Assembly: GCA_004764695.1 (NCBI GenBank)
Contig: SMSO01000014.1
Span: forward strand, 2,475,648 to 2,539,647
From: Schizochytrium sp. TIO01
Lineage: Eukaryota; Protista; Bigyra: Labyrinthulomycetes
Reading direction: 5' to 3'
DNA length: 64,000 nt
In this document: positions 11,646 to 20,989 of the stretch, one piece after another
How the letters are laid out: every line of letters begins with the position of its first letter
Position numbering within the stretch: the first letter of the stretch is position 1
Position numbers and translations under genes: made by a program
The notes under the pieces: model-generated
Database searches by the model: none
What the model saw: only the letters and a program-made list of their open reading frames with translations
What the model was told of the DNA's origin: nothing

Positions 11646-13767
11646 TTTTTGTGATGATCATGATGATGACAAACAAGGATAAATTTCTAATGGTGATGAT
11701 ATGTTTGATCGATGCTCAAGGCCGCCTGGCAAATTCCTCGGCAAGCAGGAACAGGCCGGCTGCAGAACGTTTCCCTTTCCTACTAGAGATGCAATTTTGT
11801 GTGTGTTTGGTTAAATATATTTACTCTACCGTACCATTCTCATCGCCTTTTAAAAGTGAACTTAGTAGAAAAATAATATGCAACTATTTTTTGTTTTTGT
11901 AAAAAAGTTTAAAAAGGTTCTTATAGAGATGAATCATAATAGCAATAGAAATAATTGCTATTCTATTTTAAAAAGAAAAGAAGTTAAATTAGAATGCACA
12001 GTCCAGTTTTAAGGAAGCCATAGAGAGAGGGATAATTGTCGCATGTAGCGCTAAAGTGATAGTTGCCAGAGTCGACAGTGCGTCCAAGCTGTTGCCGAGA
12101 TGAAAATAGTAGTGCTAGAAATCCTAGGAACCGATCAATCCATCTAATCAAATACTTGAAAACATTCATTTTGACAAAGGGAGCCTTTTTGCTGCGCCTG
12201 CGAAATCATTTGGAGGTTTAGACTTTAAAAAAAAAAAACCGAAAAAAAATGTAACGCATACATCACATTAACGAGGGTCAATATGGATTGTGTACTAACC
12301 CCCGATAGGAAAGGTTGTTAATTAATATCAAGATGAAGCGAGATCTACAATAGGGCATAATAAACTTTATGTATTCGTTTGGATTGTACAGGTATAGGCT
12401 CTCTATAAGTCTTATGCATCGTGAAAGTGCTTCTTAGACATGCAATAATAACATTAGTACTTGGATTTCCCGTGATACAAAGCATCGCGATATCAATTCA
12501 TTGTAGATGGTGACATGCAATACTTTTCGCGATCAGATCAGATAGCTTCTTTCCAAACAAGGATATAGTCTCGCACTATATTTTCTTAAAATTATTCTTT
12601 CTTTTTCTTGTCCTTTCTATTTGACGTTTCCTTCGTTATTCCTGGATAATTTTAGTCGCGCCATCAAAAGCTGTGCGTGCATAAGTATATTTCTTCAAAA
12701 AGTACTATCGAAAGTCTTTTCTTTCAAGTTTGCAGAAATAATATGTCATCCCTCTTCAATCATCATACACCCACTAAGGCTGCGGACTAGAAGCAGGAGA
12801 TAGAAACAAAAAATTCGTAGTGGTTCATGCGAAGGTCCACTTGAGTCTTCAACAGAAACTAGAGGTGATGACTACCAAGATTAACAGCTTCGCTCTCTTG
12901 TTAAGAATAACTGACCGCATTGTTAACATGACTTTGTTTCTGAAGTATCATTCTTGTTTCGGATGTATTGTTGAAAATAATACACTTGGGGTATTAGAAG
13001 TTGTCAAGTTTAAAGTATATTTCTAATCTAAAAATCTGATCAACGAAAAAGTCTGATCGTTTACAACAATTCAAGGGCTTTAAAAAGTTCTCATTCATTC
13101 ATTGTAATATTTACAATCTAGAAGTGCGTTTTTGCTGGATCCGGTGTGGAGGAGGCGTTGAATATTATATTGAAGGCACCCAACAATGGAGTATTAGGGT
13201 CCTGGCGAGTTAAAGGTAAAAGAGCTTACAACAAATGCGCCTCGCTCTGTCAACTTCGCAACATGAACGAAAGAACTGTTCATTGAATGTACGCTTATGA
13301 TCTATGCGCTGTACCTATCGTCCTGTCAAGAAAAGCACGAGACACCTTTTCAAAATATAATCAAACGTAAATTCCTAACAAGACACGGGGGGTTGTGTTG
13401 AACAGATACAAACTAGACACACGAAGTTTAGTGCACTTCATCCAAATTGGAATTGCCTCAACAAATTATAGCATAATCAATAATTATTTCCACAGTGGAG
13501 TTAACATTTGTAGGCTCTGACTCTATCTAGCACTTACACATATTTGTGCGTAAGTATGTTTTTTTTTTTTTAAACTTGAATCGCTACAACTTCATAATAT
13601 TTCCCAATGAAGAGTTTATCTTGTTGAGGTTACGTCAGTGATGATAAATCATTGTAAGCTCAGACCATCAAGCGAAAGGGCAGAAACATAGAATTCCAAT
13701 TACCCCCTCAAAGAGTCCAGGTTGTGACTGTGAGACGTTGTCTGGCTGATAATTAAAATCTGTTCTG

Positions 13768-14436
13768 TCATTTAGAAACCCATGATTCAGGGACCATTCT
13801 AAGTTGCTTGTGAGGTCCTAATTTTGACAGATTTTGCCATGTAGGCTCTAGCCATTCCCCAGTTTTTTCGCAATAACCAGCTCGCACCCTACGCTCACCA
13901 ACTGGAGGTTTAGCATCGAACCTCTCGGGATTATCAGAAAATAATGTGGACATGCCGACGTAAAGGATTGCCCAAATTGGCAGGAGCCCAACGATCGCCC
14001 AGCGCAAATTTTTACTGAGATATACCTCAGCTGCATTGAAAAATCGCCCTCCGAAATACCGATGGTCGCTACGAAAGGGTTTCCGTGCTTCGTGTGTGCC
14101 CTTTAATCCAGTTGCATGTCGATAGTTAAATCTAGCATCAAACGCACTGCGTTTCGCAGGATTAGACAGTACCTCATAAGCAGTACGCACTCGTTTAAAC
14201 GTGTCAGAGGCATGGGGGCTCTGATTAACATCAGGATGGCACTCTTTGCATCGCATTCGGTATGCCTGCTTGATTTTCTGTACATCTGAATCTGGTTCCA
14301 CCCCAAGGACTCTGTACCAGTCTACTTCGTCATCTTCTTCCATCCCAAACCATCTTGACGATGTTGCAAAACTGCGACGGTTGATTTGTTCTTGTCTTCC
14401 CTTTGTGGCCAGCTGTGTGACCCCCAAACGCAACAT
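13768..14436 (-). CDS. J-domain (DnaJ type C) protein, probably mitochondrial, one transmembrane segment
   Basis: DWYRVLGV..IKQAYR..CHPD..AYEVLSNP.KR..FD; presequence-like MLRLG..RRSFATS; hydrophobic WAIVGLLPIWAILYVGM. Confidence 0.9.
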   Translation of the reverse strand: MLRLGVTQLATKGRQEQINRRSFATSSRWFGMEEDDEVDWYRVLGVEPDSDVQKIKQAYRMRCKECHPDVNQSPHASDTFKRVRTAYEVLSNPAKRSAFDARFNYRHATGLKGTHEARKPFRSDHRYFGGRFFNAAEVYLSKNLRWAIVGLLPIWAILYVGMSTLFSDNPERFDAKPPVGERRVRAGYCEKTGEWLEPTWQNLSKLGPHKQLRMVPESWVSK

Positions 14437-14564
14437 GGCTGGCGCTACTAGTAAGACTGGGCAAGGCTGCTACTTGCGTGGCGGATAGCTTCTTTGCATC
14501 GCTCTCGTCACTTTCTAGGTAGGTCTTGATTTTATTTTGGCCCAATAACATCTAAATAGGGTAA

Positions 14565-14720
14565 CTAGCACTTACAGTAATTAACCTATAAAGTTTGCAA
14601 AACTTGCAATTCCTACGGTGCTAAGGCCCATTCGCAGGTAAAAAATCAAAGAGACAATACAACTTTTAAATCATGTTCTTCGACAGGGAACGCAAAAGAA
14701 TGTCTCTGGTGACGCGGATA
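14565..14720 (-). ncRNA. Candidate omega-RNA (right-end RNA) remnant of the Fanzor2 element
   Basis: Mostly positional: overlaps and follows the Fanzor stop codon. Contains a short hairpin TTGCAA-GTT-TTGCAA before a GG. No covariance test possible. Confidence 0.35.
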
Positions 14721-16486
14721 TCACAATCGGTTACATGTTGGCAATTGGAGCATTTGAAAACCTTGGATGTTTCGAGCTTGTTATGAATGGTACCACATTC
14801 ATGTCTTTGAAGTTAATCCTCTCGGCAAATAACAAATTTACACCAAGAAAAAATCTTGTCTCTGTGAATGAACGCTGGACGGAAGCCAAAGGGACCTTAA
14901 CGACATGACATTCGAACTGTCTTACTTTTGATCCATCCTTTTTAATTTGTTGACCATCTGAGGTTTCAAAAGTAGGCAAAAGGATGACACGGTAGTTTTC
15001 ACAGAGTCAGAATGCAAGTTTGCGGTGAATCTCGGTAGTCTTGCTCTTGCTCTTGCGGAGCGCGCGTAGGTATGCTCGTCTTAAGGCAGTTTTGCTTTTT
15101 TTGTTTGAACCAATTTGCTCTGGATTTTGTCGGCGCGGTGACAAAGAAAGGATATTGTTGTTTTGTCTTCTTCTGTTGCTGAAAGACGATTCTGGCCAGA
15201 TTGAGGTTGACTGTAAAGATGGAGGCAACGGGCTTGACGAAGGCTTAAGAATGTTGATTTAATAGTTAACGAACTGCTGTCCTGGAGAATGAATTCCAGG
15301 ACAGATGGATTCATGTAATAATTAAGGAGGTTAAGGCATTTTTGAAAGGGGTTAGAGATAATCGATGGGGTTAGGTTAATTCAACTTCTTCAACCATCGA
15401 TTCATGTTACACCATACTTGGTTGTAGGTAATGTGTAGTCACACTTTGAACTTTTGGCTCTGGTAGCCACAAGGATCTGGCCGCCTATCTTGCTCTATTG
15501 TAATTTGCTATGCCAGTGAGGGCGTCACAAAGAGACACCAAGAACTCGAGCAATGCCTTGTCCACTAGTTCCTTCGATTGGAGAACTCAGCATTTGTGTC
15601 GCGCTTAATTGCTTGACCATCAGCGCCCTATATAATCTGGAGTGAACATACTCCTGGGTCCAAGGCAATTGTGCTATGGTGCGCACTAGTTGCATGATGC
15701 TTTTGAGTGTACGTTTTCTTTATGAAAAAAATAGAAGTAAGCATGACCATGACGGTTCAATTTCAAACGTACGGCATTGGTTACTTGGCAGGCGAACGTT
15801 TCTTTGTGGGTACGAAATGTCTTGAGAAAGAGTGTCGTTTCACACTTCATTTTGCTCCAGTCGCAACATCCAACCTCGAAAATCTGGGTTTGATCAAGAT
15901 TTGTAAGAAGAGCGAACGCCAAATTCCTTCTTGGAGACTCACTCCTCGATTTTGGCCAAACCAATATTGAGGACTTTGAAGGCATCGACGATTCATAAAT
16001 CGCACACAACTTTCGTTACTTCGAAGATCCATTCAAGCGCACCCACACTTTCTCTAAGGCTCACTGCTCTTTTTTTTCTATAGCTATCGCCGAACATTTA
16101 AGGATTGCCTTCTTTTTCTTTCTGAGGACTTGCTTCCTTTTAGGATCCTTCCTGGCGCATCCATCTGAATCAGGACCACAGCTTCGTCTTTACGTTTGGG
16201 AAAATTATATTGAAAGTCAACACCTATGTTGCAAGCTCTTCTGGTAAACCATTTCTTAACTTGAATGCGTTGATCTTTCAATGGATTGATACGAATTCTC
16301 CTAACACGAACTAAATCATACCCCTTCTTGGTCATCTTGTGTGCCTTCACGCGCGATCTCGCCCTCCTCACTGTGTCGTCGCGGTTTATTTTTGCGCTGC
16401 TCGTTTTCCGTGATGCGACGCCACGAAGACGGCGATGGTGTCAAGTTGATCTTTTGTGAAGGTGTCAGAGTCTCCACCATGCGCAT
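14666..16486 (-). pseudogene. Fanzor2 (IS607 TnpB-like RNA-guided RuvC nuclease) pseudogene
   Basis: N-terminal VRVRRIRINPLKDQRIQVKKWF. RuvC-I TIALDPGV (D at 15658-60). Then LCHRADKIQS and EIHRKLAF*LCENYRVILLPTFETS. RuvC-II VICRED-TSKT (E at 14819-21). Zn finger ECGTIHNKLETSKVFKCSNC. RuvC-III TDCDI..RDILLR (D at 14720-22). Stop at 14666-68. Many stops and frameshifts; start uncertain (ATG at 16486, 16480 or 16335). Confidence 0.9.
15177..15592. mobile_element. 416-bp nested insertion, solo-LTR-like (TG...CA)
   Basis: Termini TGCTGA...TCAGCA (6-bp inverted). Flanks TCTGT (15172-76) and TTTGT (15593-97) form a 4/5 target-site duplication. Excision restores the Fanzor frame DGQAIKRDT|EEDKTTISFLCHRADKIQS. 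Confidence 0.7.
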
Positions 16487-16970
16487 CTTGGCTTTCCACT
16501 GCGACTTTGGCAGCTTTCCTTTCGAGAAGGTGCTCAAAGAGGTCCACAGAGATTCCACAGAGATTCACGCAAGTCGGCCGCGGTGCGTTATCACAACCTG
16601 GCCGCTGCCTCAGGCGTCCAGTAGGGCGCGCAAGCCCTATCTTTTGAAGTTACCCCGCTATCGATGTCTTTATTGACGTTGGAGGCGTCTGGATAGGCAC
16701 GTTGGAGATCACCAAGTTGGCATTTGAAGTTTTCGTTTTGCTTGGCGGATGACATTCTGGTGTAGATAATGAAACAGTCAGTGCTGAGTTGCGAGCAGCC
16801 GCGGAGCCACAGCCATAGATATGGGTTCCACCTCGTCACTCATGTATGCGCGATTGCCTTCGGGGAAGCATCCGAAAGGTACTTGCTAAGACACCAAACT
16901 TCTGGTTGAAGTACTTTGCTGGCTTGTATTGTATGTTTGATTCACTTGGTGGTTCCTTGGACCATGCCAT
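16316..16970 (-). pseudogene. tnpA: IS607 TnpA (MerR-like HTH + serine recombinase) pseudogene
   Basis: ATG at 16970: MAWSKE..YKPAKYFNQKFGVLASTFRM (HTH). Catalytic IIYTRMSSAKQ (Y.R.SS..Q). Then KDIDSGV-NFKR*GLRALL, VVITHRGRLA*ISVDLFEHLL and TIAVFVASHHGKRAAQ. Lesions include an 11-bp tandem duplication (16544-16565) and an extra A in the run near 16390. Confidence 0.9.
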
Positions 16971-17962
16971 TTTCTTACCTAGCCTCCAGTTCTTGAATAA
17001 TGATATCATTAGTATGGAATAGACACTTCCATATGGAGATTATTCAAGTTCTAGTGTTTGCATAGGCGCAGTCACAGTTCTCTAGCTAGGCACCTTGCAC
17101 TGATAGAGCTGTGCTCGGCGGCGACTCCATCTCCATCAAAGAGTGCTTTTCTGTTGCAACCAGTGTATGCTGTTTTTTTTGTTTGTTTTGTTTTTGCAAA
17201 TCATCTGTGTCAAGAGACGTTTGGAGTAGATCATAAACACTGGATAGATAGATACCTACCTCGCTATGTAGTCGAATTCCACTCTTTCATAAGCCGTGAT
17301 TAGTTCTTTGTAACAACCATTTCACTTTTTGCAATTTCAAGTTGAAGCAAATCACCCAGGTGCTCTCAGTAGAGAAAGTTCTTACTGGAGCTCAGCTTAG
17401 CAAACAATAGTTCCTAGCTTGAGAGAAGTCGACGGTGCATGATGAACCAACAGACTATCTTTTTTTTATTTTTAATACTAGCTAGCTACGTAGATGCAAA
17501 AACAGAACAAGCAGATCATGAGACCCCAATGTTTCATGGAGTGATACAGAATGAGACAAAATAAATTTGCTGAACCTGCTCTCCTGATGGAGACTATCTA
17601 GTAGACGGTTTCCCCAAGACTTCAATGTTATGTAAAAGCAAAAATAGAATAGAGTAATCCTGCCAAATCACAGTATCTACGGTCCTGTTCGCCATGGCCT
17701 TTAGAAGGCAGAAAGTGTATATCGTAGTTAGGAGCTTTGCTTGATAGCAAAACTAATAATAACTACGTTCAAATCCTAGCGGAAAAGAAAATGTTGACCA
17801 GTCCGACGGATACGGCAGCAGGACTGCAAATCTTCTGCCACACCCAAAACTGATTCAAGCACTCCTTTCTTAAGCACGTGACTTTCAACAAATTTCGTAC
17901 TGCTTCCAGTGGAAAACACACGACGCGACACGAAGGCTGTCGAAAGAAGAGTTGCAGGCACG

Positions 17963-19150
17963 ATGAAGGTGCAGAAGATGCAGCTTCGCATTGATGAAGA
18001 GGAACTAACAGACCTGCGCAGACGTTTAGAGACCTTTCGAGAGCCTGACCCCGGCCCTGGAGCGGATAGTTGGGATTATGGCCTTCCAATTGGGTTCGCC
18101 CACAAAATGCATCATTATTGGTTACATGAATTTGATTGGCGAGCAGCTGAGAAGAAGATTAACTCTTTTCGGCATTACCGTGTGAACCTTGGTGACAACT
18201 ACAATAAAATAGGCATTCACTTCGTTTTTGCTGCACCTGAAAAGGGTGCAAATAAATTACCTATTCTGCTACTACATGGGTGGCCCGGAAGCTTTTGGGA
18301 ATTTCACAAGGTTATCCCTCAACTGGTCGAAGCCGGATTTGCAGTTGTTGTGCCATCTTTACCTGGCTATGGCTTTAGCGACGCTCCACAAGAGCAAGGA
18401 TGGTCGATATTGAGGGTGGCAGATGCCCTTGACTCTTTAATGAGGGGTCTCGGGTATCCTCATTATTATGCTCAAGGTGGTGATTGGGGTGCAGTAATCT
18501 GCAGAGTGCTTGGTTCTTTTCCAGACAAATACGGCTGCAAAGCCCTTCATTTCAACTTTTTTCCATGTCCAAAGCCACTTCAAGTTGATCTAAGCTCTCT
18601 TTCAGAAGATGACAAAGCCAAAATAGATCGTGCTCGAGGATTCTCGCATGCCGAAACCGGGTACCAGGCTATACAACGTACGCGTCCTCAGACGTTGGCC
18701 TATGGATTGACGGATAGTCCAATGGGGCTCGCTTGTTGGATTAGTGAAAAGTTTAGCGCGTGGTCTGATACACAGGGAAGTCATGATCCGACAGTTGCTA
18801 TCAGTATGGATGATATGCTCACGAATATTTGCATTTATTGGTTTACTCGTTCGATTGCTTCGTCTGTTCGATTGTACTATGAAACAATGGGCCTAGGGAA
18901 ATTCGCTCCTGTTCGGATTGCGAACGTCATTGTTCCATGCGCAATTGCAGAATTCCCCAAAGAAATAAGCACTATGCCAATGGCTTGGGTAAAGGAGTGG
19001 TATAATGTAAAGCAATATAGTCAATTTCAACAAGGAGGCCATTTCGCTGCGCTGGAAATGCCCAATGAGCTGAGCAATGATATTACTTCATTTTTCAATC
19101 AACGCGAGGCTGAAAGCTCAAATGAGTATGAAGTCCATTCCAAAATGTAA
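17963..19150 (+). CDS. Epoxide hydrolase (microsomal EPHX1/EHN-type alpha/beta hydrolase), possibly peroxisomal
   Basis: EHN N-domain (FDWR..E..IN.F), HGWP oxyanion motif, SLPGYGFS, nucleophile QGGDWGA, RLYYE, FPKE, GGHFAALE; C-terminal SKM is PTS1-like. First ATG at 17963 (track start is GTG). Confidence 0.92.
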   Translation: MKVQKMQLRIDEEELTDLRRRLETFREPDPGPGADSWDYGLPIGFAHKMHHYWLHEFDWRAAEKKINSFRHYRVNLGDNYNKIGIHFVFAAPEKGANKLPILLLHGWPGSFWEFHKVIPQLVEAGFAVVVPSLPGYGFSDAPQEQGWSILRVADALDSLMRGLGYPHYYAQGGDWGAVICRVLGSFPDKYGCKALHFNFFPCPKPLQVDLSSLSEDDKAKIDRARGFSHAETGYQAIQRTRPQTLAYGLTDSPMGLACWISEKFSAWSDTQGSHDPTVAISMDDMLTNICIYWFTRSIASSVRLYYETMGLGKFAPVRIANVIVPCAIAEFPKEISTMPMAWVKEWYNVKQYSQFQQGGHFAALEMPNELSNDITSFFNQREAESSNEYEVHSKM

Positions 19151-19753
19151 TTTACTCTGCATCTAGAATATATCTTAACCTACGCATGGCATGGCCATGG
19201 CCAATTTCTATACAAATTAAGACAAAACAACATGTGAACTCTTGTCAACTAACTATTCCAACAATTATTTTGCTACCATGTTTGTTATTGTTAATGGTCC
19301 AAGGGGAGACTTGATTTGGTCAGAATAATTGATCTTTCCTCAACAAGGCGCTATATTCTTTAGACTAAGCGAATACAAAATTCAGCTTTGTTCGAAATGA
19401 TCTTCTTGCTGAATTGTTCGATATCCTCACCCGTAAAATGAGAGGAGCGGAAGCAGATTTGACTTTATATGTTTGAAGTATCGATAGGCAGGTACTTGAG
19501 TTTGTATGAAAAGAAAACATGACAGACAATTCAAACTTTTTTTCATTGCTCAGATTAATATACATTGAATGTAGTTAAGGCAATGTTTTTCCGTGGAATG
19601 TGATTTGTCACATTATCGTGAAAGAGGTCAGGGAAAAACTATACAGCAGAGCCTCGGCAAGAAAGGAAATTCATATGCTCTTCTTCACGAAGATGGTTTG
19701 GTCCTTCGTGAGAGCGGAAAGAGAGGTGCGACGAATACCAAAGTTGAACCAGT

Positions 19754-20989
19754 TCACTTTTTCACTTTGTGGAGTTCAGCAAGGTAGTTGGAGGGCATCA
19801 ATCCATGCCAGTAGAGCCAACCCACGCCGCCGACAGCACCGACGGCATTACCAGCGAGAACAGGGACAAGGTTGTCAACAAAGAATGCCGTGGCGGAAAT
19901 ATCTGCACCGCACAAGGCTCCGAGGGGGACTAAGAACATGTTTGCGACACTGTGCTCCAGTCCAAGCGCGACGAACGCAGTGACAGGCATCCAGAGAGCA
20001 GCCATTTTGCCGGGGGATGTTTTTGCAGTAGCGGCCTGAAAGGTAGCGACGTTAACGAGCCAGTTGGCGGCTACTCCCTTGCTGAAGGCCACCATGAATG
20101 TGCCGGTTGTCTTCTTGATAGCTAGTGCTTTCGCGAACGCAGCGACCTGAGGGGTAGCAATGACCAGGGGAGCGACAAGAGCCGCCATAGCAACTGAGCT
20201 TACAAAGTTGCCAGATAGACTTACAGACCAGAGCTTTGCCATAGAGGCAATCTTCTCCTTCGTACTGCGACGGGGGTCTCCTGAGATTAAGGGAAGAGAT
20301 CCGTAAAGCATGTTAGAAGTTAGCAAGTCACTTCCGGAAAGCGTAATGGCAGTGAGGCCCATGGGGAAGACAGCTGCGGCCATGACTTTGTGAAGACCAG
20401 GAGCACTGGAGAGCACATCTGCACTTCCACCAGCCAGAAGAACATATAGCGTAGCACCCCACGAAAGCAAGCTACCAGCAAGAACACTGGAAACAAGAAT
20501 CTGCTTAGTTGAACGATCGCCACGCTTCAGGCCCGTCTCATTCAGATCCACAAGGGTGGCTTGGCCCATACTCAGAACAGGAGTTCCTTCTTCATCTTTA
20601 GATGGTGTAAGACTAGATGATGAAAGTTTTGCAGCTTCGATGAGCTTGCGGGAATCTACGAGACTCAAGCCAGCGCGTTGGAGCTCGGCATCAGAGAGAA
20701 CACTAAGATCGGCGAAATGTTTAACACCTAACACCGCAAGGGCCTGTCTGGAAGAAGGATTGATGCGCACATTAAGCTTGCCCTCGTCCATCCCGACAAG
20801 AGTTGAAGCCGTGGTACTCTGGGCGCGCGTAAAGCCAACAAGACCAACACTAGCATTCTCCAGAGATTGTTTACTCTGGAGAGGGGAAATCAACGCAGTC
20901 ATAGGTGCCAGTGACAAACCATTGCGGCGAGTTGCAGTGGTCTGACCTTGAAGCACATGCTGTTTAGCAGCTCGCAAGTAAAGCGACAT
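19754..20989 (-). CDS. Formate/nitrite transporter (FNT) with N-terminal presequence and SAM-like segment
   Basis: FPMGL..GSDLLTSN, GNFV, KGVAANWLVN, FVALGLEHSVANMF, NLVPVLAGNAVG; first ATG at 20989. Confidence 0.92.
   Translation of the reverse strand: MSLYLRAAKQHVLQGQTTATRRNGLSLAPMTALISPLQSKQSLENASVGLVGFTRAQSTTASTLVGMDEGKLNVRINPSSRQALAVLGVKHFADLSVLSDAELQRAGLSLVDSRKLIEAAKLSSSSLTPSKDEEGTPVLSMGQATLVDLNETGLKRGDRSTKQILVSSVLAGSLLSWGATLYVLLAGGSADVLSSAPGLHKVMAAAVFPMGLTAITLSGSDLLTSNMLYGSLPLISGDPRRSTKEKIASMAKLWSVSLSGNFVSSVAMAALVAPLVIATPQVAAFAKALAIKKTTGTFMVAFSKGVAANWLVNVATFQAATAKTSPGKMAALWMPVTAFVALGLEHSVANMFLVPLGALCGADISATAFFVDNLVPVLAGNAVGAVGGVGWLYWHGLMPSNYLAELHKVKK

Larger units (their letters stand above)
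14585..17050 (-). mobile_element. Degenerate IS607-family transposon (TnpA serine recombinase + Fanzor2/TnpB); ends approximate
   Basis: Collinear TnpA and TnpB/Fanzor2 motifs across several frames in canonical order on one strand. Ends inferred from a GG dinucleotide at 14585-86 and a repeat-rich block at 16988-17052. Confidence 0.88.

Noticed and set aside
15340-15380. GGGGTTAG repeats resembling telomeric sequence
   Set aside because: Only two non-tandem copies inside the nested insertion
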